Assembly: GCA_030704615.1 (NCBI GenBank)
Contig: CM060734.1
Location: forward strand, 58,032,001-58,096,000
Length of the DNA stretch: 64,000 bases
Source: Takakia lepidozioides
Taxonomy: Eukaryota > Plantae > Bryophyta
Direction of reading: 5' to 3'
Positions 34,170 to 48,500 of this stretch are shown here, piece by piece. Every line of letters starts with the position of its first letter. Position 1 is the stretch's first letter. The notes under the pieces were generated by a model that saw nothing but the letters and a program-made list of their open reading frames with translations, was not told the DNA's origin and did not search any database. A program made the position numbers and the translations under genes.

Positions 34170-37100
34170 ATGCTGTCACAGTCGTGTAACAACCTTCTGG
34201 ATCTCTCCGGGGACTCTACCATCTCCGCGGAGCCCCTGGCATCCATGCGTAGCCGTGGGGGGCGCATGTCGCGGATCGCAACAGTGACTGGCATCTGCAG
34301 CGAAAGCCGTGATGAGGATAAGTCAACACAACATGATGAGAGCGTCACTACGGAGGTTTCTTCTCTGTCGGAGGAGAATCGCATGCTTGTTGTGGCCCAC
34401 ATGTTGCCCCTCAATGCTAAGCTGGCTCCGAATGGCACGAGCTGGACCTTTGAGTGGGACAAGGATTCGCTGCTGTGGCAGCTCAAGGATGGCCTGCCGG
34501 AAGAGATGGAGATCCTGTATATAGGTTGCTTGAAGGTGGATGTCGATGTCAGTGAGCAAGATGAGGTAGCGGCCACCCTGCTGGAGAACTTCAATTGCGT
34601 GCCTGCGTTTCTTCCTCAAGAACTAAAGAGTCGGTTCTACCACGGCTTTTGCAAGCAGGTTTTATGGCCGCTCTTTCACTACTTGTTGCCCCTCAGCCCA
34701 GATCACGGGGGGCGCTTTAATCGCTCATTTTGGCAAGCCTATGTATCGGTCAACAAGATCTTCGCTGATAAGGTGATGGAGGTGATAAGCCCTGATGATG
34801 ACTACGTGTGGGTTCATGATTACCATCTCATGGTCCTCCCGACCTTCCTGCGGAAGCGCTTCAACAAGGTCAAGCTGGGTTTCTTCCTGCACAGCCCCTT
34901 TCCATCATCCGAGATTTACCGCACCCTACCTGTACGTGATGAGATCCTAAGGGCGCTGTTGAATGCGGATTTGATCGGCTTCCACACCTTCGACTATGCA
35001 AGGCATTTTTTGTCTTGTTGCAGTCGAATGCTGGGGCTAGAATATGAGTCAAAGAGGGGGTACATTGGATTAGAGTATTATGGGCGGACAGTGGGAATCA
35101 AGATTATGCCTGTTGGAATACATTTGGGTCGATTTGATGCCAGCTTGAGGCTTCATGATACCAAGTGGCGCATTGGGGAGCTAAAATCTGAGTTTGAGGG
35201 GAAGACTGTACTTCTCGGGGTGGATGACATGGACATCTTCAAGGGCATTGGTCTGAAGCTACTGGCTCTGGAGGAGCTGCTAAAGCAGCATCCTCAATGG
35301 AAGGGCAAGGTGGTCCTGGTGCAAATTGCCAACCCCGCCAGAGGGATAGGCAAGGATATCCAGGAGGCTCAGGAGGAGGCCCACTCAATAGCTGATAGGA
35401 TAAATGACGAATTTGGATGGGCTGGGTACAAGCCGGTGGTTTTACTGGAGAGGAGCGTGCCTCTGTATGAGAGGATTGCTTTCTACACCATAGCAGAATG
35501 CTGTGTGGTAACTGCAGTCCGTGATGGTATGAATCTCATTCCCTATGAGTACATCGCATGCAGAGAGGGTAGCTCTCAATTGGAAGGCACCAAGGACCGT
35601 CCTAAAGTGCCCACACTGACGAGGAGTATGCTGATCGTGTCTGAGTTCATTGGGTGCTCCCCTTCGCTCAGTGGAGCAATCCGGGTGAATCCATGGAACA
35701 TTGACATGGTTGCAGAGGCAATGAATACCGCCATCACCATGAAGGAGCCTGAGCAGCATATGCGGCATGAAAAGCATTACAAGTATGTCGAAACCCATGA
35801 TGTGTCCTACTGGGCACGCAGTTCCCTGCAGGATTTGGAAAGGACGTGCCGTGATCATACCCGCCGACGATGTTATGGGATTGGGTTTGGCCTGGGCTTT
35901 CGCGTGGTGGCTTTGGACCCAAGCTTCAAGAAGCTTCGGACTGAGCTCATCGTGTCGGCATACAAGAAGAACTCAAGCCGGGCTATCCTCTTGGATTACG
36001 ATGGCACCATGATGCCCACCTCACACAAGGAGAGTCCCAGCCCTGAAATACTGTCCTTGCTAAACACCCTTTGTAGTGATCCCAAGAATGTGGTGTTCAT
36101 TGTGAGTGGGCGACCTCGCAGCAAACTGAGCGAATGGTTTGCCCCATGTGAGAAGCTGGGCCTTGCAGCTGAGCATGGCTTCTTCTACAGGTACTTTACA
36201 TGACATCCAATGTATAATCTATGAGATGTTTGTGGTTTTGCTCTCGTAGAGGAGTAAGAGCATCCTGCAAGTTGTGGGAGCAACCCTCCATGTAATTTAC
36301 ATGACTCCAAACATGATGTCCATTGGAATGGTGAAGTGATGAATTTTTGGTTGTAACTTTTACACCACGTGCTATGTCATGAAGCACCCCATTTTTGTCA
36401 ATCTGATACTTGAAAATCTGTATGAGCCCCTTGCAGGTGGCAAAGAGACTTGGACTGGGCGACATGCAGGTGGCAGAATGCATCAGAATGGGACCGCCAT
36501 AGTGCATCAGAGCGCGACATGCCCGTCATGAACTTTGAATGGAAACTGGTGGCAGAACCAGTGATGTTGCTCTACACTGAAAGCACGGATGGTTCCTATA
36601 TAGAGTACAAGGAGAGTGCACTGGTGTGGCATTACCGCTATGCAGACCCAGACTTTGGGGCATGGCAGGCTAAGGAGCTGCAAGATCACCTTGAGAGTGT
36701 TCTGACCAATGAGCCCGTTACTGTTAAGAGTGGTGCACAGATTGTGGAGGTCACACCCCAGGTACAGATTCTGAAAAGTTCTGGTATCAAGTCTTTGTAG
36801 TATATAAGGCCAACTTGCGGGCCATAGGCATGGATCACACGCAGTCTGCCCCTGCACCATGGACAGAATGGTTGGTTTGTCATGTAGTTGCGAAGGCATT
36901 CTGAAGTTAACCAGGTGTTCAGGAAGCCTTTCCTGGTTTTGAGTAGGTGAATCTCTCTCATTTGGCTAATGTGTGTGCTATGTATGGGCAGGGAGTGAGC
37001 AAGGGGGTCGTTGTGGATAAGCTGCTGTTAATGATGGAGAGAGAGCGTGGCTCTTTGCCAGGCTTTGTGTTATGTGTTGGAGATGATCGGTCGGATGAAG

Positions 37101-37312
37101 ATATGTTTGAGAGTATTGAGGCACTGATGAACGATGCTCCTAGTGCTGAGGTGTTTGCATGTACAGTGGGGCAAAAACCAAGCAAGGCCAAGTATTATTT
37201 GGACGATACGGTGGAAGTGATCAAAATGCTTCAAGGCTTGGCATCTGCCTCTGATCCATCGTCTGCCCCTTCTTTGCCTCATTTCACAAATGAAACCTCA
37301 CTTCACATTTAG
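34170..37312 (+). CDS. TPS: Class II trehalose-6-phosphate synthase/phosphatase (GT20 + HAD); exons 34170-36190, 36437-36761, 36992-37312
   Basis: N-terminus MLSQSCNNLLDL; FYHGFCKQ.LWPLFHY, WVHDYHL, GFFLHSPFPSSE, GVDDMDIFKGI, RDGMNL, LDYDGT, GDDRSDEDMF; GT-AG introns at the two usual class II positions. Confidence 0.96.
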
Positions 37313-39978
37313 GTAATGGGCTTCCCATTGTCTTGTAGTATGTTCAAAACTTCTCTAGTTAAATACACTTCATCATGCAGACAGCCAGAGGCAAGGTGTA
37401 GGAGCTTATTTACTTGAGTTTCCATTGAGAGCCACTCACAGTGAGTCTCCATGATTTTAACGAGATTACTGTGGGTTGATTAATCCCCTGGGCGTTGGCC
37501 CGGGAGGGGTGCCACCCCCCAGAGGTGATCTTAACGACATAAATGGGCAAGTTGACTGAGATATGGAAACCATCATTGGCGCCGAATTATTGGAAAGGTG
37601 CCATAGTCTCTGCACCAATGTTATACGAGGATGTTCCATGTTTACTTTACTTTGCTTAGGGATGTTCCATGTTCCATGTTGCCCTCAGTTTTTTGCCTTT
37701 GTTCAGGTAGTGGACCAGCTGGGTGGATTAAGGCAATCTTTCTCCAACTTGTAGCTTTTTCAGGTGCCTGCTTAGGAGCTCCAGGAAAGAAAGTAGGACT
37801 AACTCAATGCAACAGACATGGGGACTGTGTGCGTACAATCCTGGATCGGCACTGTCAGGCCACCGACTTCATTCCAGGTATTTTGTCCATGTGTTATTTG
37901 CATAATGCAATGAATGAGTGCAGTGGTGTAAGTTTTGTTCTGGCAGATTGGACAGTTATTTGAGGTCTGACTTGTTGGCTTGGTTGCATGTGGCAGGATA
38001 GTCGGAGCACTGTAATGCAACCGGGTTTTGAGGAAAGTGTAGAGTGCACGTTGATGGCGCCTAGGTTAGTAACTCTCAATGAGAGGACTGCCTGGCCCAC
38101 TCAAGTTGATAGCATAAGCAGAATTGGTTTGTTGGATTTGGTGTGGGGTACCGCAAGTGCCATCACACGATTCTTTGCACAGACTTACACCTAAAGTAGT
38201 CAGTCAGTGTTCACATACTGCTCATAAAGTGTGCCCTTTCCTGGGGACAGCATGAGGGCGGATCATCACCCGCCTTTGCAACAACACAGAGCACGGTACC
38301 TCTCAGCTGTGATGTGATGTGTTTTGGGCCTTGTCTGTGGTATGCTGCACCAAGTGCCCGCCACATAGTGTTGGGACAGGGCCTCTCCTTTTAGACAAAG
38401 ACAACATGCAAGTGCAGTAAAAACCATGCATTCATTCCCCTGTCAAGCATCGGCGCTCTCTCTTGCAAAACATTCTGGGACTTGTTTTCGTTGTCCACTG
38501 TGTATGGCTGGAAAGGTTTCATGAAGCTAACAGTTCTTGTGGTCACCATGTTATGTTGAGCTGGTAAGTCCTAACTCTGGTGGGAACCCATACTCCACAT
38601 AATTGGAATTGAAGCTGTGGCTGAACGATAATATGAAGGCTAGGAGGTTCCGTGGATGTTTTTGGCCCCTGAGGGGCAAAACACCTGACACTCCTTTCAT
38701 GGTGGGCTGGATGGCTAGGAGTAAGAACCAGTTACTGGGCTGACACTACCTAGTTCTGTGATTGCAGCCCCTTTCGAGAGATGAGCATTTTGACCATGAG
38801 AGTTCGATAAAGTGCTGGGAACGCCCAGTTTGGGGCAGTCTGTGGGACTCATGCTACCAATGTGCTTGGGTCTTTGAAAGCTTGAGTGTATGTGTGGCCT
38901 GAAGTTTGGTGGAAATGCTTGAACCGACAGCTGCATTCTGTCCATAGTAATCCTGGGTGCAGTTTATCCGTCCTTTGGCTGTTGGGCTGTGCATAGAGCA
39001 GTAGGCTTTGTAAACTCGTTGCAGGATTAGCATCATCTATGCCACATCATTTGCAGCTGCATGTAAATGAGAGTGGTGGTGGAACCAAAAGAGGAACCAA
39101 AACAGTTTGGGTGGGTAGTTATGACAACTTTGTAGTGCCCAGTAAGTCTGATATCAATTCTCAAGTAGTTTTATATGCTGCATGACAGAGTGTGGATATG
39201 CACTTGCAGGTTGTGTTTCAAGTCACTCCTCTGGAATGACTAGCTTGTTTGGCTGCCTTAGCAGGCTGATGCTTGTCTAGTCCATGCTCTTTGCTGATCA
39301 CAGGCGGGAGGTGGCATGGCATCGTTAGGAAGGTGATTTGTGCTTCACTGCGAACTCGAAGTCATTCTATGTACAAGCACGTCTGCACACTCTGACGCAC
39401 AGAGTAACTGCAGCATCTGTAATGTCACTGGTGTCTCTTGAAGTGGTATTGTTGGTACAAATCCAGCGAGTGTGCATGCACGGAACTGTTTTGTTTTGAT
39501 AGGAAACCTTAGTACTTGGTCAAGAAATCTCCCACCAGCTTCTTTTCCTCCTGTGTCAGTTTCGTACCGACCTCCACGCCACATAGCTTTGCATGTTGTG
39601 ATCGTCTCTTTCGTACAAGAAATCATCGCATACTAAAGCACAAATGATCAAAGCAGAAAAGTCGCGGCGTCGTGTAGTGTAGAACGACTATGATGGTGAG
39701 ACCGGCACCACTGCAGAAGCAGCCAATGATCATCAATACAAAATTAAATGCTTAGTATCAAAACGGGAATTGGGAACTCGTTTATAGGAATTGGAGCTTT
39801 CTCTTGTGCAGCAAGCCAAGAACGTAGACAGCGTGCCGAGGGAGAGAGACGAGATCCGCACACAGAGCTCGGGCCTAAGCTCGACATGCACGAAGCAGCC
39901 AAGTTCACGCAATTTTCAGAGAATATTTTTATCTCCCCTTTTCCTCCCATTGTTAGCTTCTCCTTTCGGTTCACTCTC

Positions 39979-42900
39979 ATGCGTTCTGTAGCCTTCTCTT
40001 CGTATTGTGCACGTCTGCCCTCAAGAGCAGCCCTCACTGGATGCAAATCGCTAAGGGGCCGAGGGAGCGAGAGACACTTGCAAATGTTGTTGGGTTCACG
40101 GAGGTCCTCTTCTTTCAGACGCAATGTCGGACATATGCTTGCTACAGGTTCTCTCTCTCTCTCTCTCATTGGACGATCTCAGTCTGTCATTCTGTGCGTC
40201 ATGGTACGTATTGGTTAGTTGGCAACTCAGTGTAATGGCACTTCTCAAAAGTGCAGGTGGGCAAATAAACAACCTCGGTGACATTGCTTCCACACCTTAG
40301 TTTTCCAATCCAGCAGTAGATACTGTGCGTTGCGCAGCATAATGACCCGAAGTAGAGCACATTTGCATTACAATTACAAGGGTATATGGTTTTGAGCCCA
40401 CTCATTGTAAATGCCTCAGTGACAATACTATGGGAGATTGGGTTGCTGACGTGCACACTTCTTGTGGTAGCCGTACTGCAGAGGAGCAAATTGAAGGTCT
40501 GGAAGGGATGCTTTCTTCAGGGCCTTCGTCACTAGGCTTAAACCCTAAACCCTGCATGCTGGCAGACCGGTTAGAATAGCCTTCAGGGTTTAGGCCTCAC
40601 GTTTTTCCCGATGGGTGACAGTCCCCTTAAGAGATCTCCATTGCTCTCCTGAGATGGGTGGAGGAGGCTGGAACCTTGAGCAACTTTTGTGTGAATTGGT
40701 TAAAATGCAGCTTCGCAGGAGAACAACAGAGCATGGGCTTCACAAGTGGGGCAAGTTGCTGAAAATGATTCACATAAGAGAAAATTGCAAGTAGTGTTGG
40801 TGTCACCGCAGGTATTCCAATCCTGTTTCGTTCTACCACTTGTAGTGTTCATAAGCACTGGCTAGGAAGGACAAGGACATTCACTGCCTTTCTAGCAACC
40901 ATACTTTCACAGACATGCAATGGTCTGAGAACCTTGGTTTGACAGCAAGAAGCAACTAACTATTGCATGATCTGGACCACAGATTCCTGGAAATACAGGG
41001 TGTATTGCAAGGACCTGTGCTGCCACTGGTGTTGGCTTGCACCTGATTGAGGTAATAGTGGTGTTATCCCGGTCCTTGCTGCTCGGTTCAGGCTATGAAA
41101 AATGGGGTGAGAAGTTTGCAAAGTCCTCTGCTTTGGCAGCTGAGTTTTAGTGTACTGTATCTTTGACATCAACCTCCTAGGAGGTCTGGAAGTATGATAG
41201 GGAAGCTATATCGTTTCTATTGTTCATGTGGGTGTGGGGGTTTAGGATACATGGTTTCATGTTAGCCAGGTTTTTGGTTTGCAGCCACTCGGCTTCCAGA
41301 TTGACGATACCAAGTTGAAGCGTGCCGGCTTAGACTATTGGCCGTATCCTCCTCATTGGTAGTCTTTGATTCGGATGCATGTTGGGAGTTGTTTCAGCTC
41401 CATTGTAGACAACCCAATGGGTATCATCAATAGAGTTCAGCAATCTGCAGTGCCCTGTACTGTACCATGTGTGTTGGGATTTCAGACTTTTGTAGGGACC
41501 CCAAAATGAGGGTGTGAACTGAACTTAGTGCTGATGCTCCTGGAGAGGGAAATTGCAAGAGAGAGAGGAGCACATTGAAGGAAGTGGAGCCATAGGTTCT
41601 GGGTTATGTTTGTGCTGGTGGACTGCTTTATTGAATTGCTACAGGCCTGGATGGGTTTTCCCTTTTCAAGATCAAGGTCTGCAGATATGTAGTGGTCAAA
41701 GTGCATAGCTCTTGGACGGATTTTTTTGCCTACTTCCAGCAGCAGGTTAGTTCTAACCCTTTCCACACTTGCCGTGGCCCCTAATTGGTCATGTTCTCTT
41801 TCTCCTTATGATGACGTGTACTTTTGTGTGTACGGAAATATGTTGTGTGATCTGTGAACATTTCTCCGTCATTCATTAGGAAAGAGGGTCATAGGGTTGT
41901 GGTTGTTACACTCCTGATTTGATTTTGCAGAATGCTTTTATTGTGGGTTACATTTGCAGGAGGGTGAGAAACGGCTGCTCGCTTTCACCAAAAAGGGCAG
42001 CCAGTTCCATACGGTTTTTCTCTCCTTCTCTGTGTCTTTCCATGTTGATCTAGTTGCAACTCTTTTTTGGCAAGGCTTCATGTGCTCATGTACAGAGGCA
42101 GAGGGCCTCACTCCAGTATGGTGTTGCACACGCAATGTGGGTGGTGTTAGTATGGGGGGCAATCCTCGACAGGACTCCGCCTACATCATCACACTACTCA
42201 CTTCAACACTGGTTGAATTTGGGTACGCTATGGAGGGGGCAGGGCCAGCATGCCATAGTCATGAGTGGCCCAATCTATGCTGGAAACATTGGAAAGGTTC
42301 AGTTATGTCTTTTATAGACTACATTGTTGTGGGAGATAAAAATTGTTGAAGTAAATAATCTGCAAATATTGTTACTGCTGCATGCACAGGCTTGCTACCA
42401 AGCAGTTATAGATTTTGGGGAATCTGCCCTGCATTTTTTTGTTCTACTTGCAGTGCCAATTCCCAATCTCTTCCTGGCTACGTCTTGGTGGCTTGGGGAT
42501 ATCATTCCACAAATGATGGAACATCCTTTATTGAAAGTTAATTTACCTCCAAGCACTATATTGTGCAAAACTCTTGTTCAAAAGATAAGTTGTACTCTTT
42601 AGATGTTGTTGGCTGTAGCCTTGTGTCTCTCTCCGGTAGTGGGACTTACCTTGGTATAGACAGTTAGTTAGATTGTCAATTATCAAAATCTATAAGGTTG
42701 ATGACATGTAGATTGGCAAGGAGGATTGAAGTGGATGGATTTGTGGATGGGTGCAGGAGGTGAAGTATAAGGCAGGGGACTGGCTCTTGTTCGGCTCTGA
42801 GACTGATGGTCTTGCTCCTGCTGTCTTGGATGAGTGTACTGATGGCATGCATGCGGGGGGGACTGTACGCCTTCCAATGAATGAGACCTATGTTCGGTCT

Positions 42901-43062
42901 TTGAATCTCTCAGTTTCTGCAGGTATTGGTGTGTATGAAGCTCTCAGGCAACTTGACGCCCTACATAGTTACAGTAGTTTAGGTATTACTTGGAAGCACC
43001 CTGGAGACGAAGGCATTTTGACTTCTATGGATAAGTCTGAGTGTAACAATGGGTTCCCTTAA
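39979..43062 (+). CDS. trmL: SpoU-family tRNA (cytidine/uridine-34 2'-O)-methyltransferase, TrmL-like, with probable transit peptide; exons ~39979-40147, 40711-40811, 40983-41051, 41285-41343, 41685-41745, 41960-42013, 42757-43062
   Basis: Spliced product contains VVLVSPQIPGNTGCIARTCA, LKRAGLDYW, LFGSETDGL, VRSLNLSVSAGIGVYEALRQ; GT-AG and frame-consistent; first exon is the least certain. Confidence 0.88.
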
Positions 43063-45558
43063 CAGTATCAGTCAGAGATTTGTAGGCTTAACTCATGCTA
43101 GGAAATTGTTTCAAGCTATCATATCATACCGATGGGCAAAGAAGCATCATCTAAACATCACCAGGAGTGTAGACCTGCAGATCTGCCAGATTGCCTATAT
43201 TTATTAAAGTAAAGAGTACATTGGGTTCCTGGCACATCTTCTTGCAGATGACCATGATGGATTTCTAGGCATTGTCCAGTTTGATACATCTGTGAGTTAG
43301 AACGCAGTCTGGTTGCAAGAGTAGTGATGGCAACCTAACAAACTGTCTTCTCAGACTCCATTCCTCGTGAGGGGTAAATAATTAACACATATGTCCAGAT
43401 CTAATGGAGAGGGGACATTCATTTCTTCACTCATTTTGTGCAAATAAGAGTGACAAATTGTTTAAGCCTTCTCCATTGCCAGTGCAATGTGCATAAATAA
43501 GCCTGAAGAGCTTCGTACTTCTCAACAAGCATTGCCATCTCAATGCAACAATTTCAAGATAGGGTCTTTTGTAGGTTCACTCAATTTGGTTTTGGTATTG
43601 CCCTACATGCAGATAGACCAATCATAGGGGTAAAAGTCAACTAGGAGGTTGTAGCATCACGATTTGGTAATGGCAAAATTTGAGGGATGCCACTCTTAAG
43701 ACTATTTGAATGAATGGGGAAATTCACTTTCATGGTCCAGGTTGTGCCCAACTGATATGAAGGCTGGTTTCGGGCTGTAGCATATATATATAGTATCAAA
43801 GGAGCAAGAACAATCAGATCTCTAGCTTCCCATGGTAGGAATCGCCTACACCCAAGCTGTTTGCAAAGGCGACAAGTTCAGTGGTAGCGTACCTCTTGAA
43901 GACGGCTTTGAGTGAACCTTTGGCTAACTCAATGTGCACGGCTAGCCTGCATACAGTGCCCGATCATACTCCCTGCCATGATCTACAATAGCAATAGGCT
44001 GGTGACATCACTCCAGTCTTCCATCACTTTTTCTCCTGGCCATGTTTGTGGGATGCAGCACAAGTCTCCTGCAGAGTAACAGCCTGTGAAGAGGGTAAGC
44101 AGCTGGTGTCGGGTCTATAGAAGAGAAGGACAGAAGGCACCTCTGACTTCACCAACAGAGGATTTGACTGCCATTCCAACCTTGGGACCTTTTTCATATG
44201 CTTGTGTTTGAAGCTTGGGAATTTGGTCTCCTTCTGTGAGAACACAACAAACGTAGCCATTCAAGCTACAATGATCATCACAGACAGACTAGGTTACAAC
44301 CAGAGACCAAAGCCTACCAAGGGTCTTCCAAAACACAGGGCACCCAACATTGGACAACCAGCTTCACCAGTCATCCAGGATCTAACAACAAACAGATGCA
44401 CTACAGGAAAAAAAATCATCCTTGTCGGGTTGGTCCGAAAGGACCCTTATTATTTTTTTTGGGTTTTTTTGCCCTTTCCAGGGGTGGGAGCAGGAGGTGG
44501 TTTTCAAGCACACCTGTTGCCCCTTGTAGCCAAGGTCATTCTTCGCACCGGAATGAGGGACCCCTTGTGAGGCTCTCCCAAACATGCAAGGATGTGGCCA
44601 CTTCCAATTCTTTGGATGCAATCTGAAATGATGCCATCGTCTGCGAGGCATTCGTCAGTGTCATGTCCATGGACGCCAACACATCGGAAGCCCGCTTCAG
44701 TAGGGCATCAAACCGTGCAAACAACTCCAACGCCCCTCTCAATGCAACATCAAGCACGTCCTTGTGAGCAACACTTGAGGTCATTTCCGAAGAGCGCAAG
44801 AGATTAGTGGGGCCACCAAGGCCTCCCCTCTTTTTATATGGATGGATGGCTGAAAAGACTATTCGTCTAGCAGACTAGACCCTAAACCCGCGTCTTCATT
44901 CCCAAAGATTGGCATGGAGGAAGAGAACTCTAGCGAGGGTGATCTGACCATCTTTTTTTTCCTGCGTGGGAGCTAAGGACGGTGAATCATGGAATCTCCA
45001 GAAGTCGAGGAATATATAGCAACTCGAGCATGAACAAAACCCTTGTCCTACTCAATCAGCTCCTTCAGGATTAAGAGGTAGCATCAATTGGAGCTTAGTT
45101 GACGTGAGTATGTAAGGCCGCCGGAATTTCTATGAAAAGCTCGAGTAGCATTGATTTGATGATTTCACATCAATGATCACATCTTTCGGAGTTGGTAGGA
45201 GCTTTTGGAACTGAGTGTGTAGAGGTGAAGTTTCAGCGGATAGGGGATTGTTTGATGTTCTTAGAAGACCTCTCTCTTGTTGAGGAGAGAACCGATTGTC
45301 ATGAGGAAAACATTATTCTCACCATAAATTGGTTATGTAGTTCCCCTCTCCTCAGCTGGAGTAGTTCAGTGTAGAGAGGTAGGCAGCCTACTGAGTTGTG
45401 ACTTCAGTCCTGACGAGGGGAGGCCCTTATATTCAGTAAAGATTCCGAACAATCTCAGCGTAGATTTGTGCAGATTTATACATCGTCCAATACGGCCCCA
45501 GGTCCCTCTCCACACTTCTGTCTCGGCCTTTTCTCATACCCTACCTCGTGTGCTCTTG

Positions 45559-48500
45559 ATGTACTCACATTGGAGGCCTGTATGGCCATATTTTAGAACC
45601 TGCCAAGGAGCAACATATCCCAGGGGAGATTTTCGACCTCTCTCGACTCCTTCGATTGAGTTCCCTATCCGTGTACCTCGCAGGCAGAGTTCTCCAAGTG
45701 GTCTGATTCAAGCAAGCATGACAGTGTCATTGGAGAGCCAGGGTGATGTTCCTAGGAGGGTTCCGCAGGTTCTCTCAGTTGCAGGGTCGGATTCTGGGGG
45801 GGGTGCTGGAATTCAAGCAGACATAAAAGCTTGTGCAGCCCTTGGTGTTTATTGTACGACAGTAATCACAGCGGTTACAGCGCAAAATACAGCTGGTGTG
45901 CAGGTGCTTTTCTTGATCTCCTTGGATGGATGCGGGCAACTTAATTAATCTAGTTGTTTAAAGGGTGTTGATTAGTAATATAGTTTGTACCTACTTCAAG
46001 TTGATGGTAGGATGCCTCTTCGGGTCCCGGTCACAGTCTATGAGCATTGTAGAAACTCCTATCACAAAACTGAGACCCCTTATACTGGGCCTCTATATGT
46101 CGACTAATTTCCTTAAGAAAGGGAGAGAGAAAGAGAAAGAGAGCCGGAGCATGGATGGAACGGTTTAGGTTGGGGGTATGGGCTCGAAGTTGATGAAGGC
46201 GCAGTGCAGGGTATCCACAGACTCCCAGCAGACTTTGTAGACACACAGCTGCAATCGGTGCTGTCTGACATTGGTGCTGATGTGGTGAGAGCAAATTCTT
46301 TCCTTCTGCATCTATTTTGGTTTCTATCCTCTTTTATGTTCTCTTTCACCAACTTTTGAAGATCTTGAGGCTGAGCCTAAAGCCCTGGCCCTGTTGGGGT
46401 CCATTTCCTGGGCAGCCCACACACAGCAAGTTGATGTGTGTGTGAAGGGCTCTCTAGAGGATATCTGGAAAACCCGAACTAATTGTCATTATAATGATAT
46501 GTCACACTGCTGTAGTGAGCCCCTCACAAAGGTAGTGTGCGCAGGGTCTATGGCCACAATGCTACTACAAACGTCTTAGGAGTCCATACTGTCGGCTCTG
46601 AGAGCAGCTTGCATGAGGCACTTCGTCCGGGGCTTTGTTTGTTGTTTTTGAAGTGTCCCATGGGTCCTCAGGGGCCCCGTGGACGTTGTAAAGTTGCTGT
46701 TGCTTTTACTTTTTCTATTGCAGTCTCTCTGTTTCTTGCTCTTTTGACTCTGGCTCATCTGGACTCTCTGCTGCAATTATTCAGGCTAAAGCATCTTTAG
46801 CACTGGCACAAACTGTGAGGCATCAAGATACGCCTTGACCAAGAAGAGATTTGGTCAAGGTCACCTACTGTAAGATGCTAGAATAAGGCAAGAATGGTGT
46901 ATATCAGGCTCCAGGCTAGAGATCTCAGTCTTCGAGTTTATTACTGCCCCATACAAGCTATTTCTTTGGTTGTTCTATACAGCTGAGTGAGGGGCCAAAG
47001 CTATTTCTTAAACATGAAGTATTGTTTGGACAAAATTGCACACAGTATTTGAGGATTGGTAAATGGTTTGACTGGGAGAGGTGGGATAAATGCAGGTAAA
47101 GACAGGCATGTTGCCAACAGTGGACATAATAATGTGTCTCTGCGCTGTGCTCAAGAGCCATCCTGTCAAAGGTCGTCATGTGCTGCTCACAAAGCTTCTT
47201 TTTGTCAATATGGGTGCAAGATGGCAGCTCTCTTTGCTGTAAGTTTGTGCTTATCGTAATCAAATAAGTTGAATGTACAACAGTAAAGGAAAAAACTCTG
47301 ATAATCTGACTCTGGAGATTGGTGTGGCGGAGGGCATGGCAGCGCTAGTGGTGGATCCAGTTATGGTGGCCACAAGTGGTGACGAGCTAGGGGAGCCAGC
47401 TATTCTTGGTGCCCTTCGGTATGTTGTGGCATGAGCTATTGTATTTGTAAACGGTTACTTCTACTGAAGTCTTTCTGATAAGAGGTTCTGATAACTTTTC
47501 TCAGTTGACGTTTAGCTGCTTGGCTAGGTTGTTCTAGTATGTTTTCTCTTTCCTCGTGAAGAGACAGAGAGGTCAACTAAACCTCTATGTGATGAATGAT
47601 TCTTCAGTTTGGATCATTATGTGCCTTCTTCTTTGTAGGGGAAAACTCTTTCCATTGGCAGACCTGGTGACCCCAAACATACCTCAGGCATCAGCCTTGC
47701 TTGGAGGAGAGTGTGTGAGAAATATCTCTGACATGCGTACAGCTGCAGCTGCCATTCACCGCCTGGGGCCTCAGTTAGTTTTCTCTTCATCTTCTTGTGT
47801 TGCAGTACATTTGCACCCACTGTAGGGAGGTGATGAAGTTGGAGGGGAGCACAAGGCTGTAGTCATAATTACTGTTAGTTGTTGTGTGATGCTTTCTATA
47901 GGGGTCCTCTATTTTTGCCGGATATATGGTCTATCTTTCCTATTGATTTTGCCATTGAACTGTCTGGATTCTCCTTTACATGTACATGGATGTATAGATT
48001 GCAGTCAGGATCAAATTGGCAGTCTGTTGCAGACCAGATAGTTATTGATTTGAATTAGCAATGGTTGGTGGCTGTTTACAGTTACGTTTTGGTCAAGGGT
48101 GGGCATTTACCGGGTCCAGGCGACATTGTCGATGTTCTATATGATGGTATTATCACTTTTGCTTCTAGAAACTCCTCTACAAAATTTTCTGGATAGCTGT
48201 TGAGTAGACCATTCTCATCCTGAAATAAATAGATATCTTGGTTATTGGATGAAGGCATTCCTGGCATAATGGGTTGTGGGACTTACATGTTGCAAATTTA
48301 TGTTTTCTGCTAAGGGCTGAATATAGATGCACAAGTTCAAGACATATTTATCCTACCTTCTCAGGCAGTTGGATTGGAGTACTCCTGCTTAGTGGGTAAC
48401 CCAATATAGGGTTTCCAGTATAGTGTACATTATCAAACCCTTGCCTTATTGAGGTCAGGCTTTTGTACCATTGATGAAGATTCTCTTGATGGACAGGCAA

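Noticed and set aside
40539-40552. Interstitial telomere (also ~6970 and ~57635)
   Set aside because: Only about two units each; telo-box-like motifs, not arrays.
44024-44807. Short ORFs between trmL and TH1
   Set aside because: No recognisable domain or consistent splice structure.
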